From Tubiluchus corallicola (Eukaryota; Animalia; Priapulida), in NCBI GenBank assembly GCA_030141605.1, contig JAQGDQ010001730.1, positions 1-27,571 of the forward strand: a stretch of DNA of 27,571 nucleotides. Reading direction: 5' to 3'. Position numbers and translations under genes: made by a program. Position 1 is the first letter of the stretch, and every line of letters begins with the position of its first letter. Below the pieces are notes generated by a model that was not told where the DNA came from, ran no database searches, and saw only the letters and a list, made by a program, of their open reading frames with translations. Shown here piece by piece: positions 1 through 11,013 of this stretch.

Positions 1-708
1 AAGAGAAATGTATTCGAAATTGGACCACCTATTGAAATATTACTGCTACTATTAATCAGAAAGTGTTTTTGATTAACAAAAAATGATCAAAGTTCTAGGT
101 TATTCTATTTTGTAGAGAAAATGTTCACCGAATTCAAATCAAATGCAAACTGAATGAATGTCTTCAGCATCATATGACCATTTCGTTTATTTGAGGTAAA
201 ATTGTATGATAAAAAGAAATCTGGCCTCAAGACAGGTAAACACAGACGTAGTCCACTAAAAAACTAGATACTGCTCAAGTCTACTCTATTTTTAAAATAA
301 AATTCTTGTTAAAAGATCCTTGGTTGTTTCATTGATTCTTTCTTGAGTAGCAAAATGCACAACTTGGGCTGTGGCAATTGATGAATTAGCACGTAATATT
401 AGCAGGAATAGATTAATTCAAAAAAAGACTATTCTGTGCTTAGAGCAGAACTCACTCAGCTTCTACCTCGCATTTAGTATGAAAAAGTTTCTGGCAACTG
501 GTTGATAATAGAAAAATAATGTAATAGGTAAATAGAATTGTAACTGCCTGATAAACTCTATAAAACTTAAGAGAAGGTTGGCCTATATTGATCCGTAGTT
601 CCGGGATAGATGTGAACTTGTAATGTAAATCGAAGCTCGTTAGCAGGGTCCACAGGCAATGACGAAGATGGTGTAAATTCAGCCTAACAATTTAACAGGT
701 GTTACTTT

Positions 709-1150
709 GCAGGGTTTCAGTACCTTGGCAGGTAGTGCTCAGAAAGAATAGGGAAAGTAGGAAATCAGATATTGTAATTCAAATGAGTCAGTCTTGCTGT
801 AAAACGTTTAATCTGTAAACTTGTGGATTACTTTGCACCGGAAAAACTGTAAACTGCCAAGGTAGAAACAAGATTAAATTAACGATTAACAAGATCATTT
901 ACTCAGTTATTTTACAGAGTCACAAAAGCTACACAAACATCATACAAAGATGATCATATGGTATAAAACTACATAACAAAGAGTTAGTAAATTGTAATTC
1001 AAATTTTAGTGTAAATAAACATCTGAATATGAATATTGAAAAACGAAAAATATAAATATTTATTGATATTAAAAAGACTTTTTGTTTATTAAAAAACGAT
1101 TTACCAGTATTCAGAATTGCTTTATTGGTATTCAAAGATAAACGTTAAAT
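709..1150. repeat. Copy A of a local dispersed duplication (partners at 8995-9365 and 10540-11013)
   Basis: GCAGGGTTTCAGTACCTTGGCAGG...GAATAGGGAAAGTAGGA...GAGTTAGTAAAT...AATTCAAATTTTAGTGTAA...AATATTGAAAAACGAA occurs colinearly in all three copies, same orientation. Confidence 0.92.
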
Positions 1151-1825
1151 GTGTGCTTGCAAAGCACAATCGTCCATAGCTCGGCAATTTATATATGAAG
1201 GTTTTCATATTACAATAATGACAAAGTGGGGTAAAACATTACCCCAAGAAAGTTTTGCTTAATAAGTGTAACTTACCGAACAGAATGATTGGCTGGTAAT
1301 TGAGGTAAACCAAGTTCTGTGGCAAGTTGGCATAGATATATGAGAGCACCAAGTATAAAAAGTGGCTTTCCACTATTGCACTATATTGTCTATGCTATAT
1401 TATCTATGCTTGGTTTCTCAAGTCTTGTAAAAAAGTTTTATAATAGCCTGACAATATTCACTGTTTTATTCCAAGACATCCACATAGTGGATCTTGTAAA
1501 ATTTTATCTTCATTAGCTTCAAGCTTTAGTCACCTGTACAGTTTTTGCTATATTACTAATGGAAGAATGTCCATTATTACGAAATTTCCTCAACAGATCA
1601 TTAGAAAAAATCTCTTTGCAGAAGTGTAGGCGGAATTGGAGGTTTACCGCACTTCTCAGTTATGAAAGTAAACATATGGTGCTGCCAGAAACAAAAATAC
1701 TGCAAAGTAAATTTCAGGATTTTACCTACATAAAAGACCATGGTGGTAATAAGCATGAGTAAAACTTTTCAACAAAAACAAGGCACGGTTGCATGACAAA
1801 TCGAAAAATATTTACTCACTACTAG

Positions 1826-2491
1826 TGTAACGCGGCTAGGGGTTCACGTAACAGAAAGGTGTGCAGATGATGGTACTTTGCACCAATGGCTTGGGTTCAT
1901 CTGACTGTTAAGCCTAAGGCACACTTCAACACAAATTAGTTCTTGAAGTTTATAGCAGGAAACTGACATTGGAGAAATGTTGGTTTTGATAGACAATTTT
2001 GAATTATTTATTTAATTGCTTTATTATGGTTCAGGGCTTATAATTAGCAGCTCTTGAGATAACAGAGCTTGTTAGCAACTCTTGTATTAGAGTTTGTTAG
2101 CAGCTTTTGAGATAGCAGAGCTTGTTAGCAACTCTTGTATTAACAGAGTTTGTTAGCAGCTCTTGAGATAGCAGAGCTTGTTAGCAGGCCTTGTCGTAGC
2201 AGACCTTGTCAGCAGCGAATGTCCCTTCCTCCGGAACTGTCCTCCTTAAATACTACTCTGGACAGATGACATGACCCACCTACACACTGTTGATTGGTCA
2301 TTGCTTGTTAACACGGGCGGATCACGTGCATAGACCTTAATAGGCAGTATACTGAATCACGCGCTCAGCTCTGCAGGCTCTTGATTGGTTGTTGGCGTAG
2401 TTGTTTTCACATCCGGGTCCTTCTCATGAAAACTTCCGTTTATGCACGTGTGTTTGTGTCGCCGGTAAAGCGTAGTGTAATTATTGTCACA
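1826..2491 (-). mobile_element. Solo LTR (666 bp)
   Basis: Termini TGTAAC...GTCACA (5/6 inverted match); flanks ACTAG (1821-1825) and ATTAG (2492-2496) form a 4/5 target-site duplication. Minus strand carries CCAAT (2384-2388, 2293-2297), TATTTAA (2246-2252) and AATAAA (2020-2025) in LTR order. Confidence 0.8.
2044..2215. repeat. Tandem repeat inside the solo LTR, alternating ~25-28 bp subunits
   Basis: TTAGCAGCTCTTGAGATAGCAGAGCTTG alternating with TTAGCAACTCTTGTATTAACAGAGTTTG, about 5 subunits plus degenerate tail. Confidence 0.9.
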
Positions 2492-4511
2492 ATTAGTTTA
2501 ATTTAATGTTTTTATTATAGGCACCGCATACCTATGCCACACTAGTATGGAAATTTTCTACATCAATATAAAAATATGAACAAACATTCGTGGGGTAATT
2601 TTTTACCCCAACTTAGTCGGCTAAGGGTAAAATATATTGCAATTACAAGACGTTGTTACCCCCTTTGTTACCCGACATATTTGAATGCTTGTTTGTTTTC
2701 AATAATGACGTACATACTCATACAGCTACATAACATAAAAAAATTCACAGTCCTAAATACATAACTTAAGAAGAACTGTAGCATGTATGACCCATTTCAT
2801 CAAGAACGTCCAGGAATGCTCATACACTCTAATCCAAATATCAAGTCCTGACATAAGTGTGTACATTTGTTGTTTATTCTGTAAAAAAATCTAAAATTGA
2901 AAATAAATAATTTGCTGCACATTTTATAGAAATAATGACTTCAAATTAGTACATTTGCAAAAATTTTAATATTAAACTCCATCTTAATTGTAGTTAATGT
3001 AATTATCAATGTCATGATTACTTAAATAAATTACATTAACGTGAGTTCACACTGCGGATTAATAAAAAAAGTTTATAAATAAATTAATGAACTGCTTCAG
3101 TATAAATACCACACAAATAAATTACATAAAGTAACATTACACTGCAATGACCTGCCATTATAATGCAACACATTTCCCTATACAGTTAATTCCGTTAGCT
3201 AATGAAAATTGCTAAAATTATTAAATTAAATAAAAGTAACTCACATCCTTGCCCAAACATAGAGCACCGTTAGAGAACTGTATCCGCGAATTGTCAATAA
3301 ACACTAATTGCAATTGCAGACTGCAGGAAACAACAACTTAATTAACTTAGCAAGACATAAATCTATAAATTACCTGTGACTACTCCAAACATATGAAGGC
3401 CAAGTGTCTGCAGCATTTCACAAATGCAGGTACCTAAAATGCAGCACTGTCCAGTACAACCATGTAGTGTGTAGAAGTATGTAGAAGATGTAAATCATTG
3501 ATAAGATATGACGATGAATTGTGGGCACCAACTTCCTGAGATCTTCTTCAACGTCACTGTGTCCATTTTCTGTCTAGATTACAGAATAAGCACTTTGTAT
3601 ACCATAACATTGCTTTCACCTAGTGAGTACAATACCCTTTTGTGCTCTTCTTCACAATACTTCTAATAAAAGTTCATCAAACTTACTGAACTACTTGTTT
3701 TTTGCGTACAGATGCAAAAACTGTTTTAGATAATGTTCAACGAGGTTAAACCAAATCTTTCTAAACTTAACGTGCAGTTAAACTGCATGGAAAATGATAG
3801 GCACGACACAACGAATAAAAACATAACGGGGACTGTTCACACAGCAGCAAAACGGTTTGATGAAATGTTAGTCCCTTACTTGCAAGTGTTTGTAGTGTGC
3901 GTCATAGCCAATCAGTCATAAACCAAAATAACAGTGTGAGGCAATTTTTAGCAACATGGGCTTTAAAAAGTGATTTTTCTATCTGAATAGGAAATAATTA
4001 AATAATTTAATTTCGGATGTCAATGCGTTCAATGACGTAGCACTTGCATCGGGTTTTGGAGCGAGATACGGCTATGTGGGGGTTACCCCCCCTAGTTTTT
4101 TCGCATTCAATTTTGTTTTTTTGCAATTTTCGTGCCGCTGACAAAGAATCTAATGAGGACCAGTTTTGAAAAGACGAATCAAGCAAACCGCCTGTTTTAT
4201 ATCTAGTATCATTTCTGTTGGTTGAAAGTAAATGCTTCCACATTATAAAATATCTAAGTGAAAATGCTGCGAAAAACAGCAACATTTTGGGCGTGCAAGC
4301 GAGTCACGTTTGAAAAGTCATCTGCTACTGCGCTATATCATTCAAATGCACAATTCAGCAAGGTAGCACATATTCATACTTATATTTCTATCGTAAAAGT
4401 AAAGTTACTATGCTACAGCACATGCTACTGACACAACGCAATTAATGTATGTATTTAGAAAAAAGCTACTGTATTATAATTTTCACTTTTGGAAATTTTC
4501 AGTTGCGCAAC

Positions 4512-5781
4512 ATGACATGGCAGCGTCGAAGTGCGACATCACTTTTCATCAAAACTGCGTTAGTACTATCCTGTTTCTTAATTTTGAAATTTTTTATTGA
4601 CACTCAAAGAAAGTTTGAAACTGAAGACTCTAAAACAATAGCGAAAGGTATTAGTGATTCACACCGAAAACGTGCAGTTGTCAAAAGTCTTAATGTTACA
4701 AAAAAAGTACTTGCCAACAACAAAGCTAATTCTTTACTGGAATAAATTCCATGAACATAATGGATTCAGATGGGGACTTGGCAGGAATCCGTTTTTAGAA
4801 AACTGTCCTTCGCTTTTTTCTAACTGTGAGACAACGAACAATCGTTCATTATTGAATCGTAGTAGCGCTGTTATTATTCATCCGATCACTGAGTTCATTC
4901 ATCCTAAACTTGTAATAAACTCATTAGTTTATCCTGGTCCTAAATGGATCATGTATTTGCTTGAATCGCCGTCTTATTCGAAAGGAAAAGTTGAACCTTT
5001 GAACGGATTTATTCATTGGACGATGACTTACAGATCTGATTCTGATATAGTTGTGAAATATGGAAGCATTGTCAGACGCAAACCTACCGAAAAATATGAG
5101 TTTGGTCGGCATAGAAAATATAATAAGTCAAGACTTGTGGCTTGGTATGTAAGCCACTGCACAACAGCAAGCCTTAGGGAACATTACGTATATCACCTGA
5201 ACAAGTATATACTTGTTGACATTTACGGTAAATGCAATCATCGGAGACAATATCGGGGTGTTAAGCTTGGGTACAAGGTTCTTGAAGAGGAATACAAATT
5301 TTATTTGTCATTTGAAAATTCTTTATGCAATGATTACATTACAGAAAAACTGTATGGTATTTTTTCTTATGACGTTGTTCCCATAGTGATGGGTGGTGGA
5401 AATTACTCTCGTTTTCTTCCTCCTCATTCGTACATCAACGTTGATGATTTCAAGTCACCACAAGAACTGGCAAAATTCTTGAAGAGCATGACAAACGAAG
5501 AATATGACAGATATTTCTTATGGAAGGTAAAATACAAGGCTGTTCTGCATTTCCCAACACGCGATAATTACTACGCTGGTATAAAGCACGTGCAGAGCTA
5601 CTGGTGTGAATTGTGCAGAAAACTACACGATGAAGATGCTGAAATAACAGCAAACAGCAAAAGAAAGAGCGGAAAAGAAATGAGTTTCTACACAAATTTA
5701 TCTTCATGGTGGAATGAAAACCAATGCCTTGAGGAAACTTATGTTAGTTTTGTTTCTAACTATGACCCATTCTTGCATTAA
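4512..5781 (+). CDS. Alpha-(1,3)-fucosyltransferase, glycosyltransferase family 10 (invertebrate FucTC-like); frameshifted near 4700-4706 as written
   Basis: ORF 4654-5781 has GT10 motifs ILYW, CETT..AVIIH, LESP, WTMTYRSDSDI, VAWYVSHC, VDIYGKC, YKFYLSFENSLCNDYITEKL, VPIVMGG, PPHSYINVDDF, WCELCRKL. ATG at 4512, just after an acceptor-like TTTTCAG ending at 4502, opens MTWQRRSATSLFIKTALVLSCFLILKFFI, a type II membrane anchor, in a different frame that stops at 4745. Confidence 0.93.
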
Positions 5782-6497
5782 AGTTCCAACATTTGTCATG
5801 GTGGTATTCATTCATTCATTTTGCTTTATTTTAGTTCATCATACTTACCCAGTTTTGAAAGGAGCTCCAAAACGTTATATAAAATAATGCGAAAAATTGC
5901 GCAAATTTACCGTGAATATAATGACATAATCAAATGATCCTATTGGTGAGAGGCGTGTATTTAAAGCCTATGATAAATCAAAGTGTTTGAAACCGAGAAC
6001 AAAAATACAGATGTTGTCAAGATGAAAACAAAGATGTGGGACGCTGCAAATTTTTAGAGCTTCTGGGGTTCAGTAATCAGCCTCTGTTCGTCAACCAGCC
6101 TCTGATGACTTGGTCCGCAAGTTGTTATATGAATAAGCAACGCAGAAAACGAGAAAACAAAAGAATATCTGGAATTTAATCACTGATATTTTTTTAAGTA
6201 CAGTGTTGACACACAGATTATGCCTTACAAGAAAGGAAAATTTTAATCCCTCTGCAAATCTGTCTAGAATTTAATAATGACTGACAATGACAATGCCATT
6301 TTCTGAAGCGTTTCAGCAAATTTCAAAAGAAACTCAGCAGCGTGAGAACTACTGTGTAATGACCAGCCTTGAAATGCTCACTAAAATAAACACCGAAGTT
6401 CCAATTAATGCAACACCATATAGACAATTTTGCAACTTTCTCACAACAACGTTGTTTTCATTACTCTTGACCTTGTCGCTGCAGCTCTGCTGTACTC

Positions 6498-6578
6498 TTG
6501 CTGTTGTTGTTGTTGTTGTTGTTGTTGTTGCTGCTGCTGCTGCTCCTACTGCTGATAGTGATAATGATCATGATAATT
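6498..6578. repeat. Compound trinucleotide microsatellite (TTG)n(CTG)n then degenerate (ATR)n
   Basis: Directly visible; explains the poly-L and poly-V/A ORFs in the track. Confidence 0.95.
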
Positions 6579-7051
6579 AAGAAGATGTCACACTACCTCC
6601 ACCACCACCAAAAATGGTTCTCGTTTATAAAGTCTCAATGCTTTAATAGTAATACTCTACATATCCTTTTAAACTGTAGACAAACCAAAACTATGAATTC
6701 TAGCGAACAGCTGAATCTTTTCTCATGGAATCTTGAGTAATCAGTTCTTACTTTAATATTCAATGTCAGCTTTAAGATGTTTGCAGACAACTATAATCAC
6801 AGCATCTTATTATAAAATTTCATGCATCTCTTTGTTAGGCGGCTGCAAAGCAATCAGAATTAATTCTCAGACTTAAATTACTATAAATTATAATCTCTTA
6901 TTTCAGGTTATTCTTTGCATTTGGGTCGTGTGCTTTGTCTCCAGCTCGCGGTTCAAATACTTTATAAGCACTTAAATAAACTGAAAAAGTTCTTAAGAAA
7001 TAAGACAAATAAAATTCGTTAAAAAACTCATCACCTCTTTGTTTATAAACC

Positions 7052-7476
7052 TTTTATTAATGGATGCTGCGAATAAATTGTCTCCGATACTTTGGCAGAA
7101 ATTGTGAGTAATTTAGATCACCCAGAAAACATTTTGTGTTTCAGTACAAACACTGGATGGTGAAAATATTTGATCAAACCTGGGGGTCTGCATAGAGCGT
7201 GGTAGAAACAAAGCATTCTCGCACACATGTGCAGGAGCAGTGAGTGTAGCAAAGCGTGCATGAATGCTCATGCTCAGAACTGGCAATGATTCATGACTCA
7301 ACAATTTATTACTTTCAAGACTTATACTTTCTGCCCAACGCAAAGTCAGGCAAAAATTTTAAAACTAGATTAATAAAATTGAAGAATGCAAACTTGTACG
7401 CAGTCAGTACAGCATGGCTCTACCCCTAGTTCAATTTGAATTAAGAGGAAAGGATACAAAACCTTGTTGAAAGTAT
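7052..7476. repeat. Left part of duplication copy B (homologous to ~9785-9890 and ~10362-10530)
   Basis: GATACTTTGGCAGAAATTGTGAGTAATTTAGATCA vs GATACGTTGACAGAAATTGGAAATAATTTAGATCA; TTTCTGCCCAACGCAAAGTCAGG vs TTTCTGCACAATGCAAAATCAGG; GAATTAAGAGGAAAGGATACA vs GAATTAAGAGTAAAGGATACA. Confidence 0.8.
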
Positions 7477-8978
7477 CACTTATTTTATTTAATACTGGTC
7501 TAATGCACCAGTTATCACTTCCTATTTCTGGTATCTTGTGATCGTATAGTATTCAAGCGATTTATATAATGATTAAATTGATTCGCTTCCTATTTTAATT
7601 AATTGCTACAAGGTGATTTATCACCCGGCTCCTAGGGCTTTAGATGAGTCTATCAGGCGATAATCTTGTCCTTCACGACTGACTCTTCGACTTCGCATTG
7701 TGAGTAAAGTCTTTGACCCTAAAGCTATGTAGCCTAGCTCCCGCAATTGAGCTTTATTAAATTAATTAATAATTAATGCAATGCGAATCTACAGGTTCGT
7801 TATCGAATCTAGTGTTGCTTAACTTCAAACACCTAAAAGCATACATGAACTCGTAAATTAAGTCAAAGTGAATAAACTTTTATTGGTTTACAATATTTAC
7901 GCTTAGCTAAGTAGTTGTACAAGATTTGTCCTTAGACGCTGGTGGGCGTTCACAACTAATGTACAGCTCCAAAAGATACACAAGCAATTCACTTAGCAAT
8001 TTTCAGTATGCTGCACTTAATGTGCTTACTACAATGTGAAATACACACTTTACAACTGATCCGTATGCTGCACTTAAGGTGCTTACTACAATGTGAACTA
8101 CCGTTATGCAGAGTTACTCTCAGTTACTAATGCGTTAAGATTACTTAACTCGGTGGAATGACCACAATGCAACTCCCGTACACTTGGTCAAATCCAATGC
8201 TTTTGTGGGACTCGTTTCATAGATCCAGTGCCCAGACGTTTTGCTGAGGACGTAGAACTGTGGTCCACGCTGGTTCAAACGATGTCTTCACGCTCCCTGT
8301 CAGATTCCCTGTGTCGCCTCTCTCTGGCTCCTCATTCCCTTGATGTTTGCTCACTGCTCGCACCCGACTAACTAACGCCTCGTGTTCTCAACTCGAGCTT
8401 ATAACTCCAAGATCTCACCTTCGCAATTTCGCGCCTAAACGCAATATGGTGCAATAAGGTGAAAGGTGACATCCCTGGCTTACCCTAGCATCCTCTGCCA
8501 AGAAGCTTACGATCATCCAGGTGGCTTAAGAATTCTTCTTCTGCGTGGGAAGGTTTCTACACGCCAGGTCTGTCTTCAGAATTTCTCCCTCTCAAGGTCT
8601 TCTCGCAAGCTTGGCGTCGGCCATAAAGCTTCTCTTCCAAAGAAACTTGCCTATTGCGACTTTCTTGATAATTACGTGTAACTCTTGCATAAGGTTATAA
8701 AGAACGTTTACCTACGCTTGCATAAGGCTATAAAGCAAGATTGCGTCCTCACTTAATGAACACCTGTTTACCTTCAGTAAACGAAAAAAACACACCTGTG
8801 GAATAATCTTGCTTCGCATTAAATCTCGTGCCTTACCAGCTGAGTGAGTTCTTATAATCAATCAATAAATTTGTCTTAACAAATCAAGGAGGTATCCGTT
8901 TTATCAACTGAATCTAATTCAGTCGATAATTCTATTAATTAATCACCAAATTACCGATTCATCAATTTATTCACGACA
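7477..8978 (-). mobile_element. 1.5 kb LTR-like insertion flanked by the direct repeat AAAGTAT
   Basis: AAAGTAT at 7470-7476 and 8979-8985; the empty site is visible in copy C (CTTGTGGAAAGTGCTGGTACTTAG). Minus strand starts TGTCGTGA, has TTATAA (8399-8404), AATAAA (7879-7884) and TGGTGCATT (7510-7502) resembling a tRNA-Gly primer-binding site. Internal direct repeats at 8006-8040/8063-8097 and 8684/8717. Confidence 0.7.
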
Positions 8979-9365
8979 AAAGTATTGGTACTTAGCAGGG
9001 TTTCAGTACCTTGGCAGGTACTACTCAGAAAGAATAGGGAAAGTAGGATATAGTAATTCAAATGATTCAGTCTTGCTGTAAAACGTTTAATCTGTAAACT
9101 TGTGGATTACTTTGCATCGGAAAAACTGTAAACTGCAAAGAAAGAAACAAGGTTAACTTAACGATTAACATAATTAATTGCTCTGTCACATTAATTGTTG
9201 AGTCACAAAAGCTACACAAACATCATACAATGATGAAGATATGGTATAAAACTATATAACAGAGAGTTAGTAAATCACAATTCAAATTTTAGTGTAAATA
9301 AACATTTGACAAATGAATATTGAAAAACGAAAAATATGAATATTTTTTCACGTTAAAAAGACTTT
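8979..9365. repeat. Right part of duplication copy B
   Basis: Long near-identical runs with 709-1082, e.g. CAGTCTTGCTGTAAAACGTTTAATCTGTAAACTTGTGGATTACTTTGCA. Confidence 0.92.
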
Positions 9366-9784
9366 ATTATGTGTTGATGAGACTAACAGGATTATAAGCA
9401 TAAGTGAGTTTGAGTTTTTAGATTTCAAAGAATTTTTAAGTATTTGTGTTGAAAACAAAGAGGGAAAAACCAGATTCCTTTGCCATCACAACAAAGACGA
9501 GGCTGGGTGGTATTAATAGCCAATTGAACAAGACACAGACAATTTTAAGTGTTTAATCACAAGGGCAAACATGGCTCGATGTGAAAGAGTAAATCTCTAA
9601 AATGATTTGTTGCTGAAGACAGGAATTATCCCTCTAATATCAATCCCCTGCCACCAACCTTGTTTTCATTAAAGTGAACTCGGTGATCTGATAAACTCAA
9701 TGACATCAGATTATTTTTGTCTGCTCTTTAGCACGAACAGTCCTGCTTTCACATTGTTTTCATTGATTTGAAATAGTCTTGTTG

Positions 9785-11013
9785 TTATTAAAGGATGTTT
9801 AAAAAAATCTCTTTGCCTTATTTGAGTATACGATACGTTGACAGAAATTGGAAATAATTTAGATCATGGATGGAACTTTCTGTGTTGCGCACATTGTGGT
9901 TGTGCCACAAAATTGTGTAGCAAAAATGAATCCAGGCAAAGGAAAAAAGTCTAGTTTTGACTGGAGTAGATATTCCAGTACCGTCTCGTACAGAATAAAA
10001 GCAAAATACAAGACTAAATGCTGCACTTTTTACATGAAGGTTAACTTTGAATCATTAATACCTGTTAACTCGGACTGCAATGATCTGAAGTTGTAAGTTT
10101 CTTCTCAAGTCTTTAGAAAAGCCATTTGACATTTCAGAACGTTAAAGCAGCATCATATGATCAAGTTAAAGCTGATCATACAGTTGTTCTTGTCTAACCT
10201 GCAAATTCATAAACTAAATTAAACTGTGTATTTTATTAATAGAAAATAGTTTAATCTGCTGCACATAGACGTAAAAGTTGTGCATCTCTTCCAATAATAA
10301 ACGAAATTGGACTACATATTTCAACTAATAGACTGTTGCGTAATTGGGCAACTATTGCAAAAAATTACTTTTCAGACTTTTACTGCCTTTCTGCACAATG
10401 CAAAATCAGGAAAAAAATTGAACACTACATTGGGAAAATTGTAGAATGCAAACTGGAACACGGTTGGTACAGCACAGCTCTGTGTCAGACAGAATTAAGA
10501 GTAAAGGATACACAAACTTGTGGAAAGTGCTGGTACTTAGCAGGGTTTCAGTACCTTGGCAGGTTCAGCTCAGAATGAATAGGGAAAGTAGGAAATCCTA
10601 AAAATATGTAGTAATTCACTGAATTTAACATGTGGAAGCTGCCTCAGTCTTGATGTGATACATCGAATCTGTAGAACTGCATCGAAAAAACTGTAAACTG
10701 TCAAAAGGAAACAAGATTAAATTATTGGTTAACACGATTATTTGCTCTCTTGCGTTATAGCGAAACAATCAAAAAAGCACACAATCATCGTGCAATGATG
10801 ACATTATGGTGTAAAACTTAATAATATAGAGTTAGTAAATTGCAATTCAAATTTTAGTGTAATTCGAATAACTTAGTATAAAGAAACAATTGACATATAA
10901 ATATTGAAAAACGAATAACTAAATGCGAATATTTAGTGATATTAAAAAATTATTTTTTAAAAAAATGCTTCTTATGAACATTCAGAATGGACATTCAATA
11001 ATAAGCATTAAAT
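9785..11013. repeat. Duplication copy C (uninterrupted, more diverged)
   Basis: Colinear blocks matching both halves of copy B and copy A; CAGCATCATATGA is also shared between ~10148 and ~165. Confidence 0.85.

Larger units (their letters stand above)
1220..2631. mobile_element. Degenerate non-autonomous TIR DNA transposon, piggyBac-like, interrupted by a solo LTR
   Basis: 1227-1246 TGGGGTAAAACATTACCCCA matches the reverse complement of 2591-2610 at 19/20, with similarity extending on both sides. Right end reads AAGGG-TAAA, close to the piggyBac AGGG-TTAA terminus; the left terminus is decayed. Confidence 0.6.

Noticed and set aside
3370-3665. Minus-strand exon-like segments
   Set aside because: Splice-like sites exist, but I found no consistent open spliced frame or recognisable motif.
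4648-4677. Small intron repairing the fucosyltransferase frame
   Set aside because: The GT..AG candidate is 30 nt, a multiple of three, so the frame is unchanged.
4700-4707. Programmed -1 ribosomal frameshift at A-AAA-AAA
   Set aside because: The catalytic ORF is in the +1 frame; a -1 shift enters the third frame.
6287-6740. Poly-Leu and poly-Val/Ala membrane or signal peptide ORFs
   Set aside because: Artefacts of the trinucleotide microsatellite.
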